A program made the position numbers and the translations under genes. The notes below the pieces were generated by a model. The model did no database searches and was not told where the DNA came from. It saw only the letters and a list, made by a program, of their open reading frames with translations. From the human T2T-CHM13v2.0 reference genome, Homo sapiens, in assembly GCF_009914755.1 (NCBI RefSeq), contig NC_060932.1: a stretch of DNA of 64,000 nt, one strand, 5' to 3'. This document shows, in pieces, positions 44,763 to 58,233 of this stretch. Within the stretch, counting starts at the first letter, position 1. Every line of letters starts with the position of its first letter.

Positions 44763-45740
44763 TGCATTCTTTTCTTACTCAAGGACAGAAACTTTGTACG
44801 GAAACTGTGTAGAGAAGGTAGCAGGTCAATCATTTTAATGGGCTTTTTATCAGCTCTATAAAGTCAACCAATTCCAGAAAGAGATCTAGTCATATCTGAA
44901 AATATGCCATTCCAAAGTCTTGGTAAAACCATCAATGTCTCCACTTGAGCCATGTTAAAAAGAAAATAGATTCTTATTGAATGTATACAAATAATGACAT
45001 TGTCATAAATTAAGAATATTCACAAATAGCCTCCAAATTCTGGAGCAACCAAGAAGAGAGTAGGATAAATATTTCAAATTTTTGTTCACAAAATTATATT
45101 TTATCTAATTTGTTTCAAGTTAGAAATGGATCAAAAGAAAAGAGGGTTTTTTTGACTCTGGAAAACAAAACATAAGGAGAATCAGCAATATTTCAAATAA
45201 AAACTTTATTAAAAAAATCTTTTTAGTCCTGTATCAGTTCAGAACCATGTAATCAACTCGTGTTCTACTCATTGTCACATAAGTAATCTTCACGCAGCTT
45301 TTTAATTAGAGTCCTGGAAGTTCTTTCCTAGTCCAATGGTATGATCTCCAAAGCCATCAGAAACCTGTACTTGTATTTGTCAGAATCCTTTCCATAAAAA
45401 GTAATTTGGATTATACTTTATTGGAAGTGATTTTAGAGAAGGATTTAAAACAATAACTGGGGATGACAAATCTTTATTAACTGGAATTCTGGAATACTGC
45501 TGAGTCAAGAACTGTATTCCTTCTGTTATTTATTTATTTATTGCTATCTCCTCCATCAGTCTGGATTCCATCAAATAGTGCTTAGCACTATTTTTTTTCA
45601 TAATTTATAATCAGTCTTGCTGTAAACCATTTGAATTCTCAAAGCATTGTCACATTCTGGGGTCAACTCACATTACCATCAAAACAGTTAAAACTCTCCT
45701 TTTTATAGTGCATTATAATTCACAGATTCTTAACAGTGAA

Positions 45741-46222
<482 letters not shown>

Positions 46223-46339
46223 TTAGAAACATTTTTTTTCTGTTCTTTAGTTCAATGACAGAACACAGCCATGATCAGCCTCGTAATTCTCACTTTCATG
46301 ACAGGTTTCTACTTACTGATCCAATACCTTTTTTTCCCA

Positions 46340-46773
46340 TCACGTATACTATAACCACAATGTATAGATGATTATTATGCCTCACAGAATAAAAACTACA
46401 TTTCCTAACCTCCAATTTTTTATAAGTAGTAGCCAAACAAATATAAGCAAAATTCCTTCAGGAATAAGTCATAAGCATTTGAGGTTTTACTTCATTTCTC
46501 CTTCCAACTAAGTGAAATGCAGAAATGATGGCTGGAGCACTAGCAGCCACCTTGAGGGATGCCATCAACAAGAAAGTGGAAATCAGTGCTAAGGATGGCA
46601 GAGTAGAAAGACAGAAGGAACTCAGTTCCCTGATTACCATGGAATCACCAAACCAACGGTAGAATACATAACTCTAGACATCTTCAAAATGTGAGGTGAC
46701 TATAAGCTTCAACTCACCTAAGCCCCCATAGTTGAGTTTCTTCTATTAACAGTCAGCCTTAACACTAATTTAC
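46340..46773 (+). mobile_element. MLT1J/K-type MaLR LTR
   Basis: 'actacatttcc', 'atgatggctggagcactagcagccaccttg' and 'ctaaggatggcagagtagaaagacagaaggaac'. Confidence 0.75.
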
Positions 46774-47929
46774 ACAGCATGCTATATTCAAATTCTCAAA
46801 GACTGATCAATCTTTCAAGTTCTACACCCCATAAACAACTGGTTGACAGAACTTTGACCAGTTTCCTGTCATTTTACCAGTCAACTTTGTATAAAAGGGT
46901 AGAATTATATTTTACAAAAGTATTCTTTTCATGATAATCATATGGATGGAGATGGCAATAATTCTCAGAAAATTTGGGGAATAAGCATGCAAATAAAAAA
47001 GATGACCAAGACAGCTTTTCCAAAATTTCCCCTTCCTGTGAAAGACTTTTTGTCCCTTAAGTATCTTCAACTCTGTTTTTAGAAGTCAACTGTGGTTAAT
47101 ATAAATAAATGACAATTGTGGGTGAAATACTGGATGCCTTTAAACCATAAAATGTATTATTGGTGGCCCAAATCAAGATACTAAGAATTAAATTGTAACT
47201 GTTGTCTGATCTTTTCTGTTTGCAGTGTAAAATGAGAAATAGTACATTGTTTTAATTCTTCTAATAAATATGCCATGTTGGATTTAAAGCCTGTGCATAA
47301 CATGAATAATAAATATGTTATTGAGAAATGACTAGAACTTGATATTATAGTCTTGACAGAAACATGTGACACATTAACTTTTCTTTATAAGTTTATACAA
47401 TTGTCTTGACAAAGCACCTATTTCTGAATGCAAGGTGGCTTGTTAATAAAACTTTTACAACCATCGTTTTGTCATAAAGATCAAAGAAAATGTACATTTA
47501 CTTAGCAGATGTTGCAATCATAACATTTCATTGGTTTGTATCATACCAAAGTTGCTTAATTTAAATTGATAACTTTTTTATCACTTTGTGAAAAACAACA
47601 TATATTTAGGAGTGAAATTTAAGAATATTCAGACAAAATAGAAGACTAAGCTAATCTAAAAATATTCAGGACAGTTTTTAGGTTCTACATATAATTCCCT
47701 CAAAAGACTGAATATTAAGATAGGCAGAGTAAGAATAAAATTACTTCTTCCCAGTCTTTTTTTTTTCTTTTGTGAAAACATGGGCTCTATCTCTACAAAG
47801 TAAAAGAGGTTAGAAAATTGAGGTTAGAAAATATGCAAAATTGTTCATGATAAGGAAATTTTAAAAATCATATTAACATCTTAGGATATAAGATGGCAGG
47901 CAGTTTGATATACGGAGAAATTCTCAGGG

Positions 47930-48095
47930 TGAATGTAGAAAAACAATCGCTAGTACATTTCTTTATTAAGTAGCTATGACTTCGGGCAAGCAACTCAGTC
48001 TTAGTACATGTTGGTTTTTTCATGCAAAATAAGAGTTAATTTGACCTCACATGAACTGTGTGAAAATAAAAATTTTCTAACAGGCGATGCATTAA
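47930..48095 (+). mobile_element. MIR fragment
   Basis: 'tagctatgacttcgggcaagcaactc...ttttcatgcaaaataagagttaat'. Confidence 0.55.
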
Positions 48096-48697
48096 AAAAG
48101 TTTTGAAGTTTCCAAGAATGGAGATATTCTATCACATAGAAATTAATCATAATTTGTTATGCTTAGAAAAGTGAAATATTTCAAATATTTTGCCTGCAAT
48201 TCAGAGAATTTCACACAGGCTGGATTTATGTCACTAAAGTCTGAGGAATCTTTTTTAAATTTATATTTTCCTACCCAATAGATACATAGTATGGCTACTA
48301 TGAAGTTTCTGTTTTTCTTTTGTTTTGTTTTTTAATTTAGTAACCCTGAGTAGAACACGCTTTATGAAACTCAAAAATTATAAGAAAAATTTTACTGTAA
48401 TTATAAGAAATCTTTCACTGTAAAAGAAAGCAAATAGTTTCTTATTTTACAATTACAGTTTTAGTTTTCTTCTATATTTTCAGGGATTTAAGAGAAATTC
48501 CTAAAAACTTTGAGATGTACCAGACTGGGAATAATACTAATACATAATCTGAATATAGCATGGTGTTGTAGAAAATATGAATATGATCTACAGTATAAAA
48601 TTTAGGAGGAAATTAAATTAGACACCTAATTCAGAATGATAGTTGAAACATACCATTTTAAAGAGACCAGATTCTCCCTATCAAATAAACACAGGAA

Positions 48698-48800
48698 ATA
48701 TGTATGCTTATTATATATGTGTATGTACACACACACACATATACATATATATGTGTGTGAATATATATACATATATATATGTAAATATATATATTTACGT
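48698..48800. repeat. Compound (TA)/(CA)/(TG) microsatellite
   Basis: 'tatatatgtgtatgtacacacacacacatatacatatatatgtgtgtgaatatatatacatatatatat'. Confidence 0.9.
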
Positions 48801-48814
48801 ATCTGCCTTAGTTC

Positions 48815-49002
48815 TTGGGTGACCAATTTACCTGGTTTGTTTTCAACTTTCCCTGTTTAGCACTAAAATTCCCATGTCTGGAAACTTTTTTAGTCCCAGA
48901 GTAATTATATAGTTTGCCTGGGGATGTCATGATTTTAAAACTAAGTCCTATTTTCTGAGAAAACCTTCAGTCTCAGTCAAGCCAGGACACTTGGTCACAC
49001 TA
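48815..49002. mobile_element. hAT-Blackjack MITE, MER81-like, with a doubled interior
   Basis: Terminal inverted repeats ttgggtgacca / tggtcacacta and a perfect 8-bp TSD CTTAGTTC (48807-48814 and 49003-49010). Confidence 0.85.
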
Positions 49003-49606
49003 CTTAGTTCATTGGTGAAGGTGCGCTACAGCTGAAGGAAGGGAAGAGAAAAATCAGTGGAGGAGGGATATAAATATGTGCTAGGCCCAGACCTACTGCT
49101 GGGCATGGGGCAGGATAACTGAGGGGGTCCCCAACTGGAAGATTCAATGACAGACATTATGCATGCTCAAAACTGAAGATTATTCATAAAGACAGAGATA
49201 ACATCCTACTCTCACTCACACACTAGACTAACAAAAGTACAAATAACAACTTTAAAATATATATATTTCTGAAAAAGAGGCAAGAGCAGAGTGAAAAAAA
49301 TTCCAATGGTGCAGGAAAAGGGGTAAACATTTGTAAAAAGCCAGATCTCAATCTAAACACAGGTGATACTAAAAATCTGTGGCCTGTAGTACAGAAAGAG
49401 TATACATGGAAAAGCCAAATTACAAACACAGCTCAATTCCTGAATGGATTGACTCAACTCCCCAAAATGAAGTTCAGAATAAAGGAAAAGCATGTTAATT
49501 TTCAAGTATACAAATTGTCTTCCTCCACAAGATGTCTGGGTTTCAATTAAAAATTATAAGGCATATAAAGAAGTAATATTTTTAAAAAACCTTATTGTCA
49601 AGAGAC

Positions 49607-49654
49607 TAATTGTAACAGTATTACAAAGTAATTGTAAAAGTATTACAAAGTAAT
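49607..49654. repeat. 22-bp tandem duplication (1 mismatch)
   Basis: taattgtaacagtattacaaag / taattgtaaaagtattacaaag, then taat. Confidence 0.92.
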
Positions 49655-50288
49655 AAACAGAAGCAAATTGAAACATGACATGCATTTTGGGACTCTCAAA
49701 CAGAAAACTTTAACTAACTATGATCAATACTTAAATCTTCTGTAGAAAAACAGGACAGTGTGCATTATTGAATGGGTAATTTCAACAGAGAGATGGAAAG
49801 TTTAAGAATGGATCAAATGGAAAATGATGGGGATAAAAATAAACAAATAGTAACAAGTATGAATATCTTTGCCTTTGGTGGCTCATCAGTGGATTTGAAA
49901 CATGTAAAGCAAAATTAGAGAATTTGGAGACAGCTCAACAGAAATTGTCTAAACTAACACACGTAGTGTACCAAAAAAAAAAGTGAAAAAAGAAAAATAA
50001 AGTAGCCAAGAGTTTGGGAAAGCATCAGATGATTTAATTTTGGAATACTTGGAATTCCTGAAAGAAAATACAGAGAAAACAGGACAAATAAAACATTTAT
50101 AGAACTAACAATTTTCCAAAATTAATGACAGATATAAAGGAAGCATATTAGATTCCCTTTCCACTCCCCTGCCCCCCTACATGTACATATCATATTCAAA
50201 CTGCTAAAATCAAAAATGAAAATAGTATCTTCAAGGCAGCCAAAGACAGAAGACATTATAGAGGACCAAACTAAGAATTACATAGCAA

Positions 50289-50588
50289 GGCCAGGCGCAG
50301 TGGCTCATGCCTATAATTTCAGCACTTGGGATGTCATGGCGGGCAGATCACTTGAAGCCAGTAGTTCGAGACCAGCCTGAGCAACATGGCTAAACCCCGT
50401 CTCTACTAAAAATACAAAAATTAAGCAGGCATGGTGGTGCAGGCCTGTAATCCCAGCTACTCGGGAGGCTGAGTCACAAGAATTGCTTGAACTGTAAGAG
50501 GCAGAGGTTGCAGTGAGTTGAGATCATGCCACTGCACTGCAGCCAGGGTGACACAGCAAGACTCTGTCTCATAGGAAAAAAAAAAAAA
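50289..50588 (+). mobile_element. Alu (old S / Jb-like)
   Basis: Dimeric Alu with A tail; TSD core catagca on both sides. Confidence 0.95.
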
Positions 50589-53500
50589 CTTTGCATAGCA
50601 GATTTCCCTTTAGAAACTGTAAAAGCTAGAAAACAATGTAGTAGCATCTAAAAGTGCTAAAAGAAAATTAGTCAACCAAGAATTGTATAACCAACATAAA
50701 GATTGTTCATAGAGGAAAGCAAAATGATAAATTTTCAGCAAAAAATAAAAGAGTGAGATAAAATTTATTGCCAGCAGATCTGCTCTGAAAGAACTTTTTA
50801 AAAAAATGTTTACAGAGAAGGAAAAAGATACAAAACAAAAGCCTGTACTCATATAAAAAACTTAAAATTGCTGCAAATCAAATAAATAAAGGTAAATATA
50901 AAATTAATTTTGTTTTGTTTTAACTATTCTAAGTAGTTTACTTTTTAAAGCAAAAATAATAGCAATGTATTGCATGTTTATAACATGTGTAAAAGTAAAA
51001 TGTTTTAAAATAATAGTAAAAAGAATAAGAAGAAAGATGTAGGAGTATACTATTGTAACTTTCACTATAGTGGAGCAGTGTATTTTTTCAAGACTGATCA
51101 TTTACTTGTCAATATTAAGACAACCACTAAATTTTTTAAAAAGAAGCAAACATATAAAATATTATATGAAAACAATAAATGAAAATAGTGGATTTAATAT
51201 GGAATCATAAGAATACTCAAAATAAGTCAGAAATACAGAAAAGATATAAACTTTTATCAACACAGTATATTTTAATCCAGCCATATTAACAATCACTTTA
51301 AATGTGAATGTTTTAGAAACTCCAGTGAAAACATACATATTGTGAAATGTATAAAAGGCAAGATCCAACCACATGATATCTTCAGGAAAATCACATTAAA
51401 TACCAGTTGCAGAGGTTAAAACTAAAAGAATAAAAGTAACTCATGTAAACATTAACTAAAGAAAAGCTGGAGTAAATATGTAAACTTCAGGCAATGTAAA
51501 TTTCAGAACAAGAAAGATTATCAAGGACAAAAGTGGACATTGATTAATGATATGAGGTCATCTCCAAAATGATGTAATTATTCTAAATGTGCATGAATTT
51601 AACAGAGTCCACCAATGCAGTACCTCTCAAACAGACATGTAACGTTCATTAAAATGGACCATATTCTCACTCTTAAAATAAGTCTTAACATATATATAAG
51701 AATAGAAGTCATACAAAGTACAGGTTCAAATAACACTGGAGTTAAACGAGAAATAAATAATAGGAAAATACCCAGAAAACTTCCAAATATATGAAAAATT
51801 AAACAATACACATCTAAATAATCCAAAAGTCAAGGAGGAAGTGAGAAGCAAAATTTAAAAGTATTTGTAAATGAATTAACATAAGAATACAACATATTAA
51901 AATTTACAAGATACTGCTAAAGCAATTCTTAGATGAAAATTTTTACCATTAAATGCTTGTATTAGAAAATGAGAAATGTTTTATAAGAGTAAGCTAAGTT
52001 TCTATCATAAAACTCTAGAGAAATATTAAAATGAAATGAAAAATTCAGGGGAAATCATGAAGGTGATATCAGAATTCAAGAAAATTGAGAATAGAGAAAA
52101 TCAATTTTAAAAATCTGCCTCTTTTAAAAAAATCAATAAAGTTTATATTTTTCTATGAACATTTATCAAAAAGTAGAAAAGTCAAAACTACAAATATTAA
52201 GAATAAAAAAGGAAACATTACTACTTATGTCATTATCATTAGAAGTACAGAAAAGACATTCAAAGAATAGCTCTATGCCTTTAATTTTTTTAACTTAGAT
52301 GAAAAGCACAAACTGTTTGAAATCATAACTGACATGGCTCACCTAAGAAGAAATAATCTTTATCTCTTGTAAATAAATAAAATTTTTACTTAATAATCTT
52401 TCCTTGAATTAAATCTAAGATTCAAATGGTTTCACCAGAAAATGCTACCAAAGACTTAAAGAAAAAATAATACTAATCCTCCACAAATTATTTAGAATAT
52501 AAAAGAGATGACACCTCCCAACACATTTTATGTGTCCAAAATTATGTTGATATTAAAATAACACAGACATAACAAGAACTAAAATCTATTATAGCTTATG
52601 ATTATAAATTCAAAAATTCTCAAAAACAGCTAACAAATCAAATATCATATCATATAAAATAGATAATACAATAAGACTGAGTGATACATAGTTTAGGAAT
52701 GCAAGGCTGGTTCAACATCTAAAAATCAATTTTATTCATCATATCAACAGACTACAGGAAAAAAATAATTTTCATAGATAAAGTGAAAAATGTAACTTTG
52801 GGAAATTCAACATACATTCATGATCAAACACCCACAAACAAGGAACAGCAGGAATATTCCTCAATCTGATAAAGAATTTCTGCAAAAATCTACAGCTACA
52901 TCATATTTAATGATCAAATATTAAACACTTCCTACTTAAGATCAATAAAAAGGCACACATCTACTCTCAAAGCTCATTATTAATCACTGCCATAAAGTCC
53001 TAACAAGTGTAAGAGAACAAGAAAAATAAAAGTATCAGGATCAGAAACAACAAGAACAAAAACAAATTCCCTATTTGCCAACAATACAACATTTTTCTGT
53101 AAAAATCCCAAGCAATCTACCAAAAACACCTTAAAATAAGTGATTTTAGCATTGTCACAGAATACATTATCAATATTAATCTAAATAGTATTTATAATTC
53201 AAGCAAAGAAAAATTATAACCAGACATAAATAAAACAGACTATGTATAATAGCATCAGAAAACACAAAATACAGATGCTCTTGTACTTATCATGGGATTA
53301 TGTCCCAATAAACACATTGTAAGTTGAAAATATCCTAAGTGGGAAACACATTTAATCACATTTTTTGTAGTTTTGTGATTATTTTTCCAAGATGGGAATT
53401 AGAGGCTTTTAGCATGCCTCAGCCACTTGGATATAGCAAGATAGTGGATAAAAATAGCTTTAATTCAAATTAGAAAATGAGACCATCAGAATTGTGAAGG

Positions 53501-54116
53501 ACACTTCAGATACCAGAAATGATAACATGAACAAACAGCCTCCATGACAGCAGCGGGCTGATAAAAGTTAGTGAAAGTCCAATACACAAGAGGGGAAGAG
53601 AGCTTTCCTCTGTGACTCACCTTTCCACTAGGGATCCAAACAACCTAGGCCAAGGGAGAGCGCTTTGTTTCTCCCAAGCCCTGAAGCTAACTTGGGGAAA
53701 GAATATTGTGAGGAAAAGACACTGAGCAAAGCTGCAGGCATTTGCCATTTTCCTAGATCTAAGATGAATAGTAAGATGCTATTTTAAATTCAGAAACATA
53801 CAAACACAGCCATTCTTCCTTAACCAACAGCAGGGCCACCAGGCATTTTAGTCACAGGAGAAGAGATTGGAGTACCTGCTCTAGAGCAGAGTAGAAGCCT
53901 CAACAGCTAGAACTGTTGAAAGTACCACCACAGTAGGCACTGGAATTCTGCTCTTTCCTTTTGCAGGTCAGGGCACAAGGAGAGGTTCCACAGGTGGATC
54001 TCTTCTGGATGATAAGCATTGCACCCAAGGCCAGCTTAGTAACATAGAGGCAGCTAGAGAGAAAGGTCAGATTCTGTACGAAGGGAACCTCATTAGGCTA
54101 ACAGCGACTTCTCAGT

Positions 54117-54167
54117 AGAAGCCTTACAAATCAGGAGCGATCGGAGAGAAGCCTTACAAATCAGGAG
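54117..54167. repeat. 21-bp direct repeat with a 30-bp period inside L1
   Basis: agaagccttacaaatcaggag at 54117-54137 and 54147-54167. Confidence 0.92.
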
Positions 54168-57106
54168 AGAATATTTTTCAGCATTTTTAAAGAAAATTAA
54201 TTCCAACTGAAACTTTTATAGCTTTCCAAAATGAACTTAATAAAACATCAAAGAAAATCTTTTCGAGACAAGCAAACACTAAGGGAATTAGTTACCACTA
54301 GACCAACCTTACAAGAGAGCCTTAAAGAAGTTCTAAACATGAAAATGAAAGAACAATACCTACTACCACAAAAACATACTTAAGTACAGAGCTCACAGAC
54401 ACTATAAAGCAAATACACAATAGAAACTACGAGGCAAACTGCTGACAACTTCAGGATAGGATCAAAACCTCACACATCAATATTAACTTTGAATGTAAAT
54501 GGTCTTAATACCCAACTTAAGAGGTACAGAGTGAAAAGATAGATTAAAAAAACAAGACCCATTCATCTGCTATCTTTCAGAGAACTATCTCACACATAAC
54601 AACACCCACAGGCTTAAAGGGTTTGAGAAAGATCTATCATGCAAACAGAACACCAAAAAAGAGATGAAGTTGCTATTCTTATGTCAGATAAAACAGACTT
54701 TAAACTAACAATGGTAAAAATGGACAATGAAAGCCATTACATAATAACAAAGGGTAGAATCGAATCAGAGGACTTGAAATACATATTCTAAATATCTATG
54801 CATCTGAATAACTATTCTAAATATATATGCATCCAACATTGGAGCACCCAGATTCTTAAAACAAGTACTTCTAGTCCCACGAAAACACTTAGCCCCCAAA
54901 TAATAGTGGCAGACATCAAGACCCTACTGAGAGTGTTTGATCATTGAAGCAGAAAACTAATAAAGAAATTCTGGACTTAAATTTGACACTTGACAAATTG
55001 GACCAAATAAACATCTGCTGAATACTCCATCCATCAACCGCAGAATATATATTCTTCTTCTCATGCGCACACAGAACAACTCCAAAATCAACCAAATGCT
55101 TGGCTATAAACCAAATCTCAGTAAGTTAAAAAAGATCATACCAAACATACTCTCAAACGACAGTGAAATAAAAGCAGATATCAATACCAAGATCTCTCAA
55201 AATCATACAATTACATGTAAAATTAAACAACTTGCTTCTGAATGACTTTTGGGTAAATAATGAAATTAAGGTGGAAAAAAATTCTTTGAAATAATTGAAA
55301 ACAGAGACACAAGATACCAATACCTCTGGGATTCAGCAATAGCAGTGTTATGAGACAAGTTTATATGACTAAGTGCCTAACTCACAAGTTAGAAAGACCT
55401 TAAATTAATGATCTAACATCACACCTAAGAGAACTACAAAAACAAGAACTAAACCTGAATATAGCAGAAGAATATAAGTAAAATTAGAGCAAAACTGAAC
55501 AAAATTGAGACACAAAAATACAAACAAAGAATTAAGGAAACCAACAGTTGGTTATTTGAAAGGATAAATAAGATTGATTTACTTCTAGCATTCCCCTAAA
55601 TAATTAGAAAAAGGCAAGCATGTCCACTCTCACAACTCATATTAAACATAGTTCTGGAAGTCCTAGCCAGAGCAATCAGGCAAAAAGAAGAAATAAAAGG
55701 CATCCAAATAGGAAAAGAAAAAGTCAAACAATCTCTGTTTGCTTACAATACTACAATATTATTCCATAGCTAAAAAATTCTAAAAACTCTGCCAAAAGGT
55801 TATCAGAACTGATCAACGACTTTAGTACAGTTTCAAAATACAAAATCAATGAACAAGAATTAGTAGCATTTCTATACATCAATAATGTTCAATCTGAGAG
55901 CCAAATCAAGAATACAATCCCATTTACAATAGCCGCAATAAAATAATATAGAATCCCTAGGAATACATCTAAACAGGGTGATAAAAAATCTGTACAAGGG
56001 GAACTGTAAAATACTGCTAAAAGAAATTATAGATGAAATGAAGAAATGAAAAAATCTCTCATGTTCATGGATATAAATAATCAATATAGTTAAAATAACC
56101 ATACTGCCCAAAGCAATCTACACATTCATTTCAATTTCTATGAAGTTACCAATGTCATTTTTCACAGAATTAGAAAAAAAAAGACCATGTTAAAATTTAT
56201 ATAGAACCAAAAAAGAACGTGAATTGACAAAGCAATCCTAAGCAAAATGAACAAACCCAGAAGAATCACATTACCTAACTTCAAACTATACTATTATGCT
56301 ATCATAACCAAAACAGCATGGTACTGGTACAAAAGCAGACACATAGATAATGGAACAGAATAGAAAACCCAGAAAAAAAGCCACACACTTACATTCACTA
56401 ATTTCAACAAAGATGACAAAAATAAGCAATGGGGAAAGGACTCCCTATCCAATAAACGGTGCTGGGATAGCAGGTAGCTATATGCATAAGAATGAAACTG
56501 GACACCTACATTTCATCATATGAAAATTAACTCAAGAGAGATTAAATAATTAACTGTTAGACTTCAAACAATAAGAATCCTAGAAGAAAATCTAGGAAAC
56601 ACTATTTTTTGTTTTTTGCCTCGGCAAAGAATTTAGGACTATGTCTTTAAGAGCAATTACAGCAAAAGCTAAAATTGACAAGCGAGACCTAAATAAATTA
56701 AAGAGCTTCTGCACAGCAAAAGAAACTATCAACAGAGTAAACAGCCTACAGAATGGAAGAAAATATTAACAAGTCATGCAACTGACAAAAGTCATAAACA
56801 ATTTAACAAGCAAAAAACAATAAAGACCATTAAGAAATTGGTAAAAAATATAACCAGAAACTTTTCTTAACATATATAGTCAGCCAACAAACATGAAAAA
56901 ATCCTCAATATTAATACTCATTAGACAAATAAAAATTGAAGCCACAATCAGACAATATCTCACACCAGTTAGAATGGCTATTATTAAAAAATCAGTAAAC
57001 AACAAATGCTGGAGAGGCTGCAGAGAAAAGGGAATGCTTATATGTAAATTGGTTCAGCCACTATGGAAAGCAGTTTGAAGATTTCTCAAAGAACTTAGAA
57101 CTACAA

Positions 57107-57382
57107 GCTGGGTGCAATGGCTCACACCTGTGATCCCAACACATTGAGAGGCTGAGGTGGGTGAATCACTTGAGGCCAGGAGTTCAAGACCAGCCTGGTC
57201 AACTTGGTACAACCCTTTCGCTATCTGGGTGTGGTGGTGCACAACTGTAATTCCAGCAACTCAGGAGACTGAGGCATGAGAATCGTATGAAACCAAAAGG
57301 TAGAGATTGCAGTGTGCCAAGATTGTTCTACTGCACTCCAGCCTGAGTAGCAGAGCTAGACTCTATTTCAAAACAAACAAAA
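57107..57382 (+). mobile_element. Alu lacking the A-rich linker
   Basis: Both arms are present, joined at 'caaccctttcgctatctgggtgtgg'. TSD core agaactac on both sides. Confidence 0.92.
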
Positions 57383-57951
57383 TCAGAACTACTTTTTGAC
57401 CCAGCAATCCTACTATTGAGTACATATTCCAAAGAATTAAATTGTTCTACCAAAAAGGCACATGGACTCATACATTCATTGCAGCACTACTCAGAATAGC
57501 AAAGACATGGAGTCAACCTAGGTGCCATCAATGATGGACTGCATAAAGAAAATATGGTACATATACATGATTGAATATGTATGCAGCCATAAAAATGAAC
57601 AAAATTCTGTCCTTTGCAGCAACATGGATTCATCTGGAGGCCATTATCTTAAGCAAATTAACACAAGAACAGAAAATCAAATACCACCTTCTTACTTATA
57701 AGTAGCAGCTAAACAATGGATTCTCATGGCCGTAAAGATGGCAGCAATAGACACTGGATTACTAGAGGGAGGAAAGAGGAAGGGAGTAAGTGTTGAAAAC
57801 ATAACTACTGGGTACTGTGCTCACTACCTGGGTGATGGAACCATTTGTACCTTCAATGTCACCATCACACAATATACCTAGGTAACAAACTGACCATGTA
57901 CCCTCTCAATCTAAAATAAAGTTTGAAATCATAAAATTAAAAAATTTTTAA

Positions 57952-58233
57952 GCCCAGCACTTTGGAAGGCTGAGGCAGGCGGATCACCTGAGGTCAGGAG
58001 TTCAAAACCAGCCTGGCCAACAAGGCGAAACCCCATCTCTACTACAAAATACAAAAATTATTTGACTGTGGTGGCAGGTGCCTGTAATCCCAGCTACTAG
58101 AGAGGCTAAGGCAGGAGAACCACTTGAACCTGGAAGGTGGAGTTTGCAGTGAACCGTGGTTGTACCACTGTACTCTAGCCTGGGCTACAGAGAGAGATTC
58201 CATTAAAAAATAAATAAATAAATAAAAAATAAA
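57952..58233 (+). mobile_element. 5'-truncated AluS (Sx/Sq-like)
   Basis: Starts 'cccagcactttgg', has 'ggcggatcacctgaggtcaggag' and a (TAAA)n tail. Confidence 0.95.

Larger units (their letters stand above)
53385..57945 (+). mobile_element. Internally deleted L1PB/L1PA15-17-like LINE-1 retaining both 5' and 3' ends
   Basis: 5' 'ccaagatgg' YY1-like start, 5'UTR to about 54045, ORF1 C-terminus, endonuclease region, RT-to-3' region and 3'UTR 'gggtactgtgctcactacctgggtgatgg...tctaaaataaa'. Degenerate TSD gaaacacatttaat (53343-53356) / gaaaatgcatttagt (58330-58344). Confidence 0.92.
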
